IMG/VR virus record: IMGVR_UViG_3300032397_000005
Span: 1-64,000 of that record
Reading direction: 5' to 3' (one strand)
DNA length: 64,000 nucleotides
Origin: a virus
Part shown: positions 9,496 to 19,289 of the stretch, one piece after another
Layout: each line of letters begins with the position of its first letter
How positions within the stretch are numbered: position 1 is the first letter of the stretch
Position numbers and translations under genes: made by a program
The notes under the pieces: generated by a model
The model's input: the letters and a program-made list of their open reading frames with translations, nothing else
Database searches by the model: none
Told to the model about the DNA's origin: nothing

Positions 9496-9744
9496 ATGCG
9501 GAGCTCAGACAGGGTCAACTTGATCGGGAAGGTTCAGGATCTGCTGCGGGAGAACCTGGAGTTGCGCTCCAAGATCCTGAAGTTGGAGGGCATCAACATG
9601 GAGCTGCGTTCCCGCTTAACCGAACTGGATCGGAAGTTGACCGCGGAGGACTGGGCGGCGGAACCCACGGCGCGGGACGCCACTCGTCCGGTCGTTCGAG
9701 TGACGCCAATCGACCGCGGACCAAGTGACGAGGAGCCGGAGTGA
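9496..9744 (+). CDS. Hypothetical coiled-coil protein
   Basis: GGAGGTG RBS; leucine heptads. Confidence 0.6.
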   Translation: MRSSDRVNLIGKVQDLLRENLELRSKILKLEGINMELRSRLTELDRKLTAEDWAAEPTARDATRPVVRVTPIDRGPSDEEPE

Positions 9745-10358
9745 ATTCAACGTACTTCTTTGGGGAGTTGACGCTGCACCCACCGGAGGGAAGCCGTCTC
9801 GACCTACTGTGCTCTGAGATGCGGTGCGAGTTCCCAAGGTTGACAATGCAGCGGAAGTCAGATCACTGGTACTGGCGATGGGTCGCCGCGTTCCTGAGGG
9901 TGATCACCCTCGGTAAGCAGGGGGCGTTCCTGACGCGTTTCACCACCACGGTGGGGATGCACCTGGCGTTTGGGTCGAATGAGTTGGAGGACGTGACCAA
10001 GATGCCGGTGGGTTGGGACGCCAGGTTGTGGGCGACGCTCCTACATGAGAGGCGGCACCTGCGGCGCTTCAAGCGGTTAGGAGTTCTCCTTGTCACCTTA
10101 ATCTACGTGTTCGGACCTCTCCCGGTGGGGTTGGCGTGGGGGCGAGCGTGGTTCGAGCGAGAGGGGTACCTCGAGACGCTGCGCGCCTGGTTCGTCACAA
10201 ACCCGGCCTGGGCCAAGTCCGCTGAGGCGCGGGAGTGGTGGGTCAAGCAGTTCATCGGGCCCAACTACCTCTGGGCCTGGCCGTTCCGACGGCACGTGGA
10301 GGGGTGGTTCGACGCGGAGTTGATCAGACTTCAGTTGGGAGGGGACGTCTGGCGGTGA
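9741..10358 (+). CDS. Putative membrane-associated zincin metallopeptidase
   Basis: LLHERRH (HExxH), downstream FEREGY Glu, hydrophobic segments. Confidence 0.6.
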   Translation: MNSTYFFGELTLHPPEGSRLDLLCSEMRCEFPRLTMQRKSDHWYWRWVAAFLRVITLGKQGAFLTRFTTTVGMHLAFGSNELEDVTKMPVGWDARLWATLLHERRHLRRFKRLGVLLVTLIYVFGPLPVGLAWGRAWFEREGYLETLRAWFVTNPAWAKSAEAREWWVKQFIGPNYLWAWPFRRHVEGWFDAELIRLQLGGDVWR

Positions 10359-10384
10359 GCAACGCAAGTAAGGAGGAGGCCGAG

Positions 10385-10858
10385 ATGACAGAAGAGGACA
10401 CCACCGTTCAGGAGCCTAGCAGGCGCTACGGGCGCTTGTTGGCGTACACCCTAGCCTACGCCCTGGCTGCGCTTCCGGGCGTCTTTGCGGCGGTCCAGGG
10501 ACGCTACGCGGCATCCAGGGAGACGGTCTCGAAGGTCAACGCGGAGAAGGGGAGGGAGGTCTCCCAACTGCAGGAGTGGGCGAAGGCCAGCCGGGCGGAC
10601 CTGGACGCCGTGGCCAAGTCTTGTGAGGCGCGGACGGACAAGCTCCGGGAGGAGGTCCAGCGCTGGCAGGCGGAGACCACCCGCGCACTCCTCGAGCTGG
10701 CAAACGCGCGGCGTTTCCGAGCCTCCACCAGGGCGGCGCTGGAGCGGGAGCCGGTGGTCAAGTCCCTGCCTCCGGCGCGTCCGGCGTTGCGGAAGTTGCC
10801 CAAGTTTGCCCCGCCGTCCACCTCCCTCGAGCAGACGGAGCGGCGCATTCTCCCTTAA
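10385..10858 (+). CDS. Hypothetical membrane-anchored coiled-coil protein
   Basis: AGGAGGAGG RBS before ATG 10385; one TM segment. Confidence 0.55.
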   Translation: MTEEDTTVQEPSRRYGRLLAYTLAYALAALPGVFAAVQGRYAASRETVSKVNAEKGREVSQLQEWAKASRADLDAVAKSCEARTDKLREEVQRWQAETTRALLELANARRFRASTRAALEREPVVKSLPPARPALRKLPKFAPPSTSLEQTERRILP

Positions 10859-10866
10859 TTCCTGAC

Positions 10867-12486
10867 ATGAAGACGTTGACAATCGAGGTTGGTTCCCACT
10901 TCTGCCTCAAGAAAGCGGACGTGAAGGCGGCGGGACTCCTCCGGGAGCTCCGGGAGGCGTTCGAGCACGACAATCCGGACTTCTGGAAGAAGACTAAGAT
11001 GGGTTTCTGGGCGGGTGAGACGGAGCGGCACCTGACGCTCCTCAGGGTGGACGACTCCAGCGTCCAGGTGCCTAGGGGAGGGTGGGCCAAACTCAAGCGG
11101 ATGCTGGAGCGAGCGGAGGTTGCCTGGCAGTTCGTGGACGGGACCGTCTCCGGGACCGGTTCGTTGGGGTTGACGTACCGGACGCCGGGTGAGTGGGCAC
11201 TTGGTCCGGATCAGCGGAGCGCGGTGAAGGCGCTGGTCCGCGGGCGTCAGGGGATCCTCCTCGGGGTATGCGCATCTGGGAAGACGGAGGTGCTTCTATC
11301 CGCCATATCCCAGATCGACGAGCGGACGCTGGTGGTGGTCCACACGGAGCGGATCATGTCAAACTGGGTCCGAACCGCGGCGGAGCGGTACGGGATCCGG
11401 GAGCGTGACGTTGGGGTGCTCCACGGGAAGGAGAAGCGGGAGCGAAACTTGACGGTTGGGATGGTCAGAACGGTCCTCAACCGCCTGCGGGCGGATCCCA
11501 AGTGGGCCGGCACGTGGGGGTGCGTCGTATTAGATGAAGCTCACCACTGTCCAGCGAGCACCTTCTCCGAGCTCATCTCGGCCTTCCCGGCGCGGTTTCG
11601 ACTGGCGGCCACCGCCACGCCCAAGCGGAAGGACGGGAAGGAGCCTTTATTTTATGACGCGTTTGGCGTGGAGTCCGTACCAAAGCGCGGTGGCGGGAGC
11701 ACGTGGGGACCGCGCACCCTGTTCGAGATCCGGGACGCGGACCTGGATCACTACGGTCGGATCGTCCCGGTGGACGTGGTGGTGGTCCCGACGGACTTTT
11801 GGTTCGACCTGAATCTGGAGGAGTACCTGGAGGACGAGGGGTGGGAGCGGGAGGAGCGGGAGACCGGAGCGGCCTCCGTCCGTCGGTGGGCAAAGCAAGT
11901 GAGATTCTCCGGTTCCCTGAACACGTACGCGGACATGTTGGATGGTATTGTCAAGAACGACCAGCGTCGGGCGCGCGTCCTGGCCTACCTCCTGCCGGAG
12001 ATCCGGGCGGGACGGACCTGCCTCCTACTGGCGGATCGGCGGGAGATGTGCCTCGAGATCCAGGCGTGGCTCAAGCGGCGGGGGGTGGACGCCGGGCGGC
12101 TCATGGGCGGTCTGGACAGCAAGGACCAGGATCGGACGGCGGACGGCCTGGAGGACGGGACCCTCCGCGTGGCGGTGGGGACGACGGTGGCGGACGAGGG
12201 CATGAATATTAAGCGTCTGGACCGCGGCTTCGGGTTGACGCCGGCGGCCTCCAACGCGGGACGGCTGACGCAGCAGACCGGGCGATTCAAGCGGCGACAT
12301 CCGGACAAGGTGGATGCCGTCTACTTCTACTTCTGGGACCGGCGGATCCGCGGACTCCGGGGGCACGCTCGGGCAATTCTAGCGGCCATCCAGGCGCCCC
12401 ACCGGGTCTGGTTCTCGACGGAGCCGGGGGAGCGGGTCCAGCTGACGCAGGAGCTCCTGCGTCAGCTCGAGGAGGTGCGGAAGTGA
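10867..12486 (+). CDS. Superfamily 2 DEAH helicase (UvsW/XPB-like)
   Basis: ASGKT Walker A, DEAHH, TATP.RKDG, EGMNI, QQTGR..R. Confidence 0.9.
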   Translation: MKTLTIEVGSHFCLKKADVKAAGLLRELREAFEHDNPDFWKKTKMGFWAGETERHLTLLRVDDSSVQVPRGGWAKLKRMLERAEVAWQFVDGTVSGTGSLGLTYRTPGEWALGPDQRSAVKALVRGRQGILLGVCASGKTEVLLSAISQIDERTLVVVHTERIMSNWVRTAAERYGIRERDVGVLHGKEKRERNLTVGMVRTVLNRLRADPKWAGTWGCVVLDEAHHCPASTFSELISAFPARFRLAATATPKRKDGKEPLFYDAFGVESVPKRGGGSTWGPRTLFEIRDADLDHYGRIVPVDVVVVPTDFWFDLNLEEYLEDEGWEREERETGAASVRRWAKQVRFSGSLNTYADMLDGIVKNDQRRARVLAYLLPEIRAGRTCLLLADRREMCLEIQAWLKRRGVDAGRLMGGLDSKDQDRTADGLEDGTLRVAVGTTVADEGMNIKRLDRGFGLTPAASNAGRLTQQTGRFKRRHPDKVDAVYFYFWDRRIRGLRGHARAILAAIQAPHRVWFSTEPGERVQLTQELLRQLEEVRK

Positions 12487-12929
12487 GGGACCTCATCCTG
12501 CCCGTCGAGGAGCAACCCGGGGAGCTCTCCTTTGTCCGGGGCGGTTGCCTGCACTGCCAAGCGGATCTCTCCTGGAGCGGGACGCCGTTCGTGAGCGAGA
12601 ACCGTCCGCTACGCTGCCCAAGGTGCGGGACGGAGCACCTGGTGGACCTCTCCGCCAACGGGACGCGGGTCAAGGTGCGCCTTCCGCGGAACTGCGACGC
12701 CTGGTTCGAGGTGGAGAGCTCCAACGTGGCGGCCGTGGGGGCGCGCGGTCCGGACCTGATTGTCAGGTTCCGGAGCGGCGGGAGCTCGTCGGAGTACCTG
12801 TACGTCGGCGGCGGGGATCTCCTCCCGGAGTTCCTGCGGGCGGAGAGCAAGGGTCGATTCTTCCAGGAGCGGGTCCGCTCCCTCCTGACCGTCAACCTGA
12901 GTCTGGAGAAAAAGGAAACCCGACCGTGA
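12483..12929 (+). CDS. Zn-ribbon plus KTSC-domain protein
   Basis: CxxC...CxxC followed by VESSNVAAVG...L.VRF.SG...Y.Y...AESKGRFF. Confidence 0.75.
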   Translation: MRDLILPVEEQPGELSFVRGGCLHCQADLSWSGTPFVSENRPLRCPRCGTEHLVDLSANGTRVKVRLPRNCDAWFEVESSNVAAVGARGPDLIVRFRSGGSSSEYLYVGGGDLLPEFLRAESKGRFFQERVRSLLTVNLSLEKKETRP

Positions 12930-12952
12930 GGTGTGTCGGCCTCCCGGTCGGG
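12918..12952 (+). terminator. Hairpin after the KTSC gene
   Basis: ACCCGACCG(T)GAGG pairs with CCTC(C)CGGTCGGGT; no clear U-tract. Confidence 0.4.
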
Positions 12953-13053
12953 TCCTTCCTCACCGTGAGGACCACGGTTGCGTGAGTGGGTGGTACGGTA
13001 GCAGATCCCCGCACCCGCGTCTACTGGTTGGTTGAACCGCAAAGGAGCGAGCA

Positions 13054-14346
13054 ATGAAGGAGCGAGCAATGAGGGCGGAGGACTACACCTTCAGCATGAT
13101 CCCGGATCCGCTGGCGGCAACCAAGCGGGTTGGAGGACCCGCAAAGCGCGTCTGGACGTGCATCTACAGCTGGAGGCGGATGGGACGGGAGCAGTGGAAG
13201 CTCACCGGGCAGCGACTCTCCCGGATAGTCAACATTGATCGACGCCACCTCCAACGCACCGTGGAGGAACTCGAGGAGGCCGGCCTCCTCGAGTACCGAG
13301 TCATCACCCAGCGGAACGGGAGCAAGCGGACGGAGTACCGGGACCTCTGGCCCGGCTGGCTCTCGAAGGAGGGCGCCCGCTTTCTCCTCGCTCAGTGCAT
13401 TGGCAGCGGATCCGACGAGGACGAGGACGCGTTTGAGAGGTGCGGATCCGAAGAAGTTTGTACAGTACCCCATACAGTAGAAGAGGAAGAAGTTTGTATA
13501 GTACCCCATACAGTAGCAAAAGAGCGAAAGACCCCATGTTCCAACGGTGCGCCGACCATGTTCCATGGGGTCTCCAACCATGTTCCGACGGGGCGCACCA
13601 TTAAGAGTCCTTCCCGGGAGAGCCCTTCTTCTCTTTCTCCTGAAGGAGAAAGTGAGGAGAGTTCATATTTGGACGATTCCGCGGAATCGTCCAGATTTGA
13701 GGGGGACCCCACATCCACGGGGACCGTGAACCTCGATGACGATTCCCCGGAGGCTCGGGACGTCCTGGAACTCCAGAGGGTCCAGCGGGCGGAGCGTCGG
13801 GAGGCGCTCATGAAGCGTCCTCGAGTGAGGAAGGTCACCGAGGTCAAATCTGGGGAGGAGTTCCGGAACTCCCCCAGCTCCAGGCCGGAGTGGAACGCCT
13901 GGCGGGATAAGAACGTCACCGCGTGGACCGGTAGGGACCTCGTTGGCTTCTGGGTCTGCAGGTTCCGGGAGGTTCGGGGGGCGGAGGATCCGGACTTTAG
14001 CGCGGCCTCCCTCTCCGTGGGGTACGCTCCCGCGGCCATGCGGTTGGTCAAGCAGTTCGTGAGCCTCAACCTTGGGAGCGCGGTCAAGTACCGGGACTTG
14101 GTGGAGAGGGTCCTCGCCGAGGCGGAGGCTCTAGGGAGACCGGTCTCCCTCCGCTATTGGTTTGGGACGCCCTCGAACCCGCGGACCCTTGCATCCCTGG
14201 ATAAGGGGAAGGGAGGGCGGGAGATGTCTCCCGCGGAGAGGAACGATCTGGACGGGGCGAATCTGGAACTCCACGAGCGGCGCGGCCGGGAGTGGTATGA
14301 ACGTCAGTTGGAGAAGGATCGGGAGGATGCGGCAGTTGGACGCTGA
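13054..14346 (+). CDS. Replication initiator (lambda O-like, N-terminal winged HTH)
   Basis: HTH GQRLSRIVNIDRRHLQRTVEELEEAGLLEY; low-complexity middle with internal repeats; followed by DnaC-like and DnaB genes. Confidence 0.7.
   Translation: MKERAMRAEDYTFSMIPDPLAATKRVGGPAKRVWTCIYSWRRMGREQWKLTGQRLSRIVNIDRRHLQRTVEELEEAGLLEYRVITQRNGSKRTEYRDLWPGWLSKEGARFLLAQCIGSGSDEDEDAFERCGSEEVCTVPHTVEEEEVCIVPHTVAKERKTPCSNGAPTMFHGVSNHVPTGRTIKSPSRESPSSLSPEGESEESSYLDDSAESSRFEGDPTSTGTVNLDDDSPEARDVLELQRVQRAERREALMKRPRVRKVTEVKSGEEFRNSPSSRPEWNAWRDKNVTAWTGRDLVGFWVCRFREVRGAEDPDFSAASLSVGYAPAAMRLVKQFVSLNLGSAVKYRDLVERVLAEAEALGRPVSLRYWFGTPSNPRTLASLDKGKGGREMSPAERNDLDGANLELHERRGREWYERQLEKDREDAAVGR
13450..13680. repeat. Putative replication origin (iteron-like repeats inside the initiator gene)
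   Basis: 36-bp near-perfect tandem duplication from 13450; CCATGTTCC at 13534, 13556 and 13578 (22-bp period); adjacent AT-richer tract. Confidence 0.65.
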
Positions 14347-14944
14347 GGCGCTGCGGAAGTTTATCACTCGGACGGGTTGCCCGCGGGTCTTCGCGGATCT
14401 CGAGGTCTCCGACATGGAGGGGGACGCCGCGTACCAACGGGTGCTGATCCACGTTGGGAATCTAGCGGAGGAGCGGCTCGCCTCCCGGGACTTCCTGCGT
14501 CGTCCGATCTACCTGCGCTTCACCGGGGCGTTTGGGAGCGGAAAGACGCGCCTGGCGTGCTGGACACTCCGGCACGCCTACCTGGGGATGCTCCCCATCT
14601 GCAACGCCGCGGTCAACCCGCTATTTGTGAAGGCAAGTGACCTGGTGGAACTCCGCTTCCAGAAGCGGTTTGGGGAGGCAGACGAGGACGACGAGCGGGC
14701 GTCTGCGGTTCGGGACCGTCTCTTCAGCTCCGCGTTCCTAGTGATCGACGACGTCTCTCGAGTGGCCGGTTACCGCGGGGAGGAACTCTTCGTGGAGCAC
14801 GTGGTGGAGCGGCGCTGGGAGGACCTCCGCTCGACGGTCCTGACCATGAACTCCAACAACTCTCTCAGCGTCAGGTTTGCAGACTTCCTTAATTACTTTG
14901 ATGAGTTACCACTGGTTGGGGGGAGCAGGAGGGCGCGTGACTAA
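14327..14944 (+). CDS. DnaC/IstB-like AAA+ helicase loader
   Basis: GAFGSGKT, FLVIDD, R.....STVLTMN. Confidence 0.8.
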   Translation: MRQLDAEALRKFITRTGCPRVFADLEVSDMEGDAAYQRVLIHVGNLAEERLASRDFLRRPIYLRFTGAFGSGKTRLACWTLRHAYLGMLPICNAAVNPLFVKASDLVELRFQKRFGEADEDDERASAVRDRLFSSAFLVIDDVSRVAGYRGEELFVEHVVERRWEDLRSTVLTMNSNNSLSVRFADFLNYFDELPLVGGSRRARD

Positions 14945-16262
14945 GGAGTCATCAGAGCGACTGATCCTGGACGTCCACGTCGAGAACGAGCAGGTTGTCC
15001 TGGCGGCCGTCATCCTCGACCCGGGGACATTTCGACGGGAGGTCCCCGGTCTCCGCCTGGAGTGGTTCAACTCCCCGAACCACCGAGACATCGTCCGGAC
15101 CCTCCGGCAGATCCTCCGGGGCGGCGGCGCGTACGCGGCGGACACGGTCGTTCACCTCTCCAACGGGGCGGTCAAGCTCGAGTACCTCCGCGGACTGGAG
15201 GACAAGTTCTCACCCCTCCCGGCGGAGAACTTCTCGATGCATTTGGGCATCCTCAAGCGGGACTCCGCCAAGTTTGCCGCCAACACTCCCTTCACGGCGC
15301 TCTACGGGGACCTGGACGACCCCCACGCGACGCCGGAGGAGGCGGCGGGGCACGCCCTCGACGTTCTGAGGTGCCTCCGCGGCGGGATTGCCGGGGAGGC
15401 GCGGGTCAGACGCGGGCGGGCGCTCCGGGAGGAGTGGTTCTCCGACCTGTCCGACGTGCGGACGGGGAAGGACGTCAACTTTGTGCCGACCCACTTCTCG
15501 GAGCTGGACGCCTTCCTCTACGAGGGGCTGCGCCCGGGGCGCGTGGTCGTTGTCGCCGGTCGCCCGGGGATGGGGAAGAGCACCTTCTGCTCCAACCTCA
15601 CGCGTCGGCTGGGGAACCACGGTCGCCGGGTCCTCTCCGTTCCGGTGGAGGCGGGGACGATGTCCGTGGTGGAGCAGATGGCGTGCGCTCGAGCGCAAGT
15701 CGCGGCGGAGAAGGTGATCAAGACACCTCACCTCCTGACGGACCTGGAGATGATGAGTCTGCGGGCGGCGGCGAAGCTCATCCTGGACAGCGAGTACCTG
15801 GTCTTTGACGACGAGGTGGCGAACCTGGATGAGTTGGAGCTCCGGGTGGAGGAGGAGAACTTCGACGTGGTGATCCTGGACCTGTTTGAGTACCTGATTC
15901 AGGGGGAGGTGGACGCCGCGCGGGTGACGGAGGACCTCCGTCGCCTGAAGAAGCTGGCTAAGCGCCGGAGGTTTGCCGCCGTGGTAGTCCAGCAGATCCG
16001 GCGCATCAAGCGGGTCAAAAACCCGAGACCGCAGCTCCATGAGCTCAAGAATTCCGGTGGGTACGAGGAGGTGGCGGATCTGGTCCTGCTCCTCCATCGT
16101 TCGAAGTATTACGACCCGGACTCCGAGGACTCGGACGTGCTTGAGATCAAGGTGGCCAAGCAGCGGCGGGGACCCCAGAACGTGACCGTGGGGTATGAGT
16201 TTGAGCCGGAGATCTGCCGGGTTGGCAAGTTCACAACGGACCACTCCGGGGGGCGCGGGTGA
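14937..16262 (+). CDS. dnaB: Replicative DNA helicase
   Basis: AGRPGMGKS, VVILD, QQIRR...RPQL.ELKNSGGYEEVADLVLLLHR, VAKQRRGP. Confidence 0.92.
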   Translation: MTKESSERLILDVHVENEQVVLAAVILDPGTFRREVPGLRLEWFNSPNHRDIVRTLRQILRGGGAYAADTVVHLSNGAVKLEYLRGLEDKFSPLPAENFSMHLGILKRDSAKFAANTPFTALYGDLDDPHATPEEAAGHALDVLRCLRGGIAGEARVRRGRALREEWFSDLSDVRTGKDVNFVPTHFSELDAFLYEGLRPGRVVVVAGRPGMGKSTFCSNLTRRLGNHGRRVLSVPVEAGTMSVVEQMACARAQVAAEKVIKTPHLLTDLEMMSLRAAAKLILDSEYLVFDDEVANLDELELRVEEENFDVVILDLFEYLIQGEVDAARVTEDLRRLKKLAKRRRFAAVVVQQIRRIKRVKNPRPQLHELKNSGGYEEVADLVLLLHRSKYYDPDSEDSDVLEIKVAKQRRGPQNVTVGYEFEPEICRVGKFTTDHSGGRG

Positions 16263-17419
16263 GCTCCCGGCGGGAACTCGAGCGGGAGCAGCGCCTGCTG
16301 CGTCACCTCGATCTGGAGGAGGTCCTGGAGGAACTTGGCCTGGAGGTCCTCTGGCGCAACGGGTCCGACGCGTACCTACTCTGTCCGGACCCAAATCACG
16401 TGGAGGGCAACCCGTCGTTCCACGTCTGCGTGGAGGACGTCTACGACGCGCGCGGACGGGCCCATATTGGCTGGTTCAACTGCTGGAGCCATCCCGGTGG
16501 GGACCTGCGCTCACGCAGCTTCCTGGAGCTTGTGGCGCGCGTCAGGAGTGACGTTTGGGGTGAGGACCGGTGGCCAACGGAGGAGGAGCGGGGGGCGGCG
16601 GCTAGTTGGCTCCGGCGGAAGTTTGTCCGCGGCGGGGACGCTCAGTCCGACGAGGACGCCCGGATGACTCCGCTGCGTCGGCGGGACGCCTTCCGTCGGC
16701 AGGTGGACTGGCGGGAACTACTCTGGCCGCCGAACTTCCCAATCCGACGCGCGCGGAGGGAGTTCCGGGACTACCTACTGAGGCGCGGTGTCTCCCTCGA
16801 GCGGGCGGAGGAGCTGGACGTTCGTGCGGTCCCGTCGTCCGGTGAGGTACTCCGCGGTGTGCTTCGGGAGACGGCGCCGGGCGTGCTGTTCCCGATCTGG
16901 GAGGGTGGGAAGCCGGTCAACTGGTACGTCCGTTCGATCTTCAAAGTTCCGTCCAGGGTGAAGGGGAGGTACTGCCCGGGCCTCCCGTTTGTCAAGGACG
17001 CCGGGATCATCTGGGCGCCGGACGGCGTGGACGACACCCGTCCGGTGGCGCTTGTCGAGGGAATCTTCGACGCGGAGCGGGTCCGGGCGGTGATCCTCCG
17101 GAATCCGGGGCTTTCTTTCGTTCCAATGAGTAATGTGGTGGCGGTCCTCGGTGGGAGGATCTACCCTATGCAGGCGCGACGCCTCCGAACGGTCCCCGCA
17201 ATCCTCCACCTGGCGGACGGGGACGCCGGCGGACTGAACCTCTTCGAGACGGTGGAGGGGGAGCTTGGCAGGTTCACTAGACTTGAACTCCGGCAGATGC
17301 CGGAGCGGGCGGATCCGGGGGATGCCCCGGAGGACGCGATCCTGGCGGCGCTCAGACCACCGGAGGACGTACAGCTGGTTTCGGTGCGCTTTCGGGTCCC
17401 ACCGCGGAGGACCGCATGA
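16259..17419 (+). CDS. DNA primase (Zn-binding domain plus TOPRIM)
   Basis: CPDPNH...PSF...FNCWS; LVEGIFDA; DGDAGG; DPGD. Confidence 0.85.
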   Translation: MSSRRELEREQRLLRHLDLEEVLEELGLEVLWRNGSDAYLLCPDPNHVEGNPSFHVCVEDVYDARGRAHIGWFNCWSHPGGDLRSRSFLELVARVRSDVWGEDRWPTEEERGAAASWLRRKFVRGGDAQSDEDARMTPLRRRDAFRRQVDWRELLWPPNFPIRRARREFRDYLLRRGVSLERAEELDVRAVPSSGEVLRGVLRETAPGVLFPIWEGGKPVNWYVRSIFKVPSRVKGRYCPGLPFVKDAGIIWAPDGVDDTRPVALVEGIFDAERVRAVILRNPGLSFVPMSNVVAVLGGRIYPMQARRLRTVPAILHLADGDAGGLNLFETVEGELGRFTRLELRQMPERADPGDAPEDAILAALRPPEDVQLVSVRFRVPPRRTA

Positions 17420-17640
17420 TGATTGACAACGGATCCGTCGTTCAGAGGGTTCCAAATCGGGCCTTCGTGGGGATACCGGAGATTGCCCGGAAGAAGGGCG
17501 TTTCGCGCGTGGCCGTGCTCTACGCCATTCGGACCGGGAAGCTCCGGGCGCACCGGACGCCGGGCGGGCGTCAGTGGTTGATCCACGTGGACGACGCTCG
17601 CGCGTACATCTCCACCCCGGTCCGCGGGCGCGCCTCGTAA
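17416..17640 (+). CDS. Excisionase/MerR-like HTH DNA-binding protein
   Basis: IPEIARKKGVSRVAVLYAIRTGKLRA...GRQWLI. Confidence 0.8.
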   Translation: MMIDNGSVVQRVPNRAFVGIPEIARKKGVSRVAVLYAIRTGKLRAHRTPGGRQWLIHVDDARAYISTPVRGRAS

Positions 17641-17670
17641 ACCACCCTCGTAAACCACCCTCATAAACCC
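17633..17670. repeat. 13-bp tandem repeat, about 3 copies (CCTCRTAAACCAC)
   Basis: Copies start at 17633, 17646 and 17659. Confidence 0.85.
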
Positions 17671-17696
17671 TACTTTTAACCGGTGAGAAGAAGATG

Positions 17697-17753
17697 CACC
17701 TCCCCTCATTTTTCCTCTGGACAAATTGTTTCTATCTGGTAAGATGATACATG
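17697..17753 (+). promoter_or_regulatory. Repeated phage promoter, copy 1
   Basis: TGGACA 17718, TG-G-TAAGAT 17740, ATG 17751; 53 bp identical to 61419-61471. Confidence 0.85.
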
Positions 17754-19244
17754 AACACGGAAGTCCCAGAAAGGAGTCCGAAAATGAGGAACTGGAGCAC
17801 CTACCAAGAGGAGATCTTCACCGCGGTCGAGACGATCCACGCCGGCGGGCGGGACCTGGTGGTCTTGGCGCGCGCGGGGACCGGGAAGACCACGACCGTG
17901 ATCGAGGCGGTCATCCGCTACTGCCGGAGGAACGTCGGGCGGAAGGTCCTCACCTGCGCGTTTAACGTGAAGAACGCCAAGGAGCTGGACGCCCGTCTCC
18001 AGGAGGCCGGTCTGGACTGGAAGACCGCTTCCGCCAAGACGCTAAACGCCGTGGGTCTCGCCACGGTTCGGAAGGCGTGGGGGAAGGGCGTGCAGGTTGA
18101 CGCCAAGAAGGGCAAGGAGGTGGCGAAGGAGGCGTGTCGTCAGCTGGCGGCGGTTGCGCAGCGGGTCATCACTCCAGCGGGGAAGGTCCAGCGTCTGGCC
18201 ACGTTGGCCAAGATCACCCTGATGGACCCGGCGGACCTCGACTCGATTGAGGATCTGGCGCGGAGGTTCGCGGTGGGCGACGAGGACGCGGAGGTCGACG
18301 CGCTGGCCAGGCTCGCCGCCCGGGCCATGGAACTCTCCGCGGAGGACCGCTCTAGGGTCGACTTCGACGACCAACTCTGGTTTCCGCATCACTTCAGCCT
18401 CACGCCCTGGCAGCACGACCTGGTGGTGGTGGACGAGGCTCAGGACATGAACCCGTCCCAGCTGGCCCTGGCCCGGAAGTCCGTGAAGCGGGGCGGGCAG
18501 CTCATCGCCATCGGCGACGATCGCCAGGCCATCTACGGTTGGCGCGCGGCGGACAGCGGCTTCCTCTCCCGGATGGTCGAGGAGCTGAACGCCCGCACCC
18601 TCCTCCTCCCCCGCACCTACCGCTGCGGGACCTCCATCGTCACGGAGGCCAAGCGTCTTGTCCCGGACTACGAGGCGGACGTGAGCAACCCCCCGGGGAT
18701 CGTGAGGAGCACCTCCTCCGCGAAGATGCTGGTTGAGGTTGTCCGCGGGGACTTCATCCTCTGCCGCGCCAACGCTCCCCTCCTCCCCATCTGCCTCGAG
18801 CTGCTCCGGAATCGGATCCCGGCGGCGATTCAGGGGCGGGACATCCTGGGTCAGATCCTGGGGATGATTGACAAGTCACAGTGCGTCACCACGGCGGACC
18901 TGGCCGACTGGCTCCATGACTACGAGACGAGGGAGCGCGGGAAGTTGTTGGATCAGGACGCGGAGGAGGACCTCCTCCAGGCGCTGTCCGATCGCTGCGC
19001 CTGCCTTCGAGCCCTGATGCCGGAGGCGGACAGCACGGCGGAGCTCAAGGAGCGGTTGGACGAGCTGTTCTCGGACACGGACGACGCCTCCCGCGTGACC
19101 CTCTCCACGGCGCACCGCGCCAAGGGACTGGAGCGGGATCGCGTGTGGCTCCTCCGGGACTCCTTCCGGGAGGGCGGGCAGGAGAGCAACTGCCTGTACG
19201 TGGCAATTACCAGGGCGCGCAGTGAGCTGGTCTACGTTTCCTGA
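17751..19244 (+). CDS. Superfamily 1 UvrD/Rep-like helicase
   Basis: ARAGTGKTT, VDEAQD, GDDRQAIYGWRAAD, TYRC, STAHRAKGLE, YVAITRA; second SD-led ATG at 17784. Confidence 0.92.
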   Translation: MNTEVPERSPKMRNWSTYQEEIFTAVETIHAGGRDLVVLARAGTGKTTTVIEAVIRYCRRNVGRKVLTCAFNVKNAKELDARLQEAGLDWKTASAKTLNAVGLATVRKAWGKGVQVDAKKGKEVAKEACRQLAAVAQRVITPAGKVQRLATLAKITLMDPADLDSIEDLARRFAVGDEDAEVDALARLAARAMELSAEDRSRVDFDDQLWFPHHFSLTPWQHDLVVVDEAQDMNPSQLALARKSVKRGGQLIAIGDDRQAIYGWRAADSGFLSRMVEELNARTLLLPRTYRCGTSIVTEAKRLVPDYEADVSNPPGIVRSTSSAKMLVEVVRGDFILCRANAPLLPICLELLRNRIPAAIQGRDILGQILGMIDKSQCVTTADLADWLHDYETRERGKLLDQDAEEDLLQALSDRCACLRALMPEADSTAELKERLDELFSDTDDASRVTLSTAHRAKGLERDRVWLLRDSFREGGQESNCLYVAITRARSELVYVS

Positions 19245-19255
19245 TCACTTGGACG

Positions 19256-19289
19256 GGGGAGGAGGTGAAAATCCTCCTCCCCTCATTTT
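19256..19289 (+). terminator. Hairpin terminator overlapping promoter copy 2
   Basis: GGGGAGGAGG-TGAAAAT-CCTCCTCCCC followed by TCATTTT. Confidence 0.6.
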
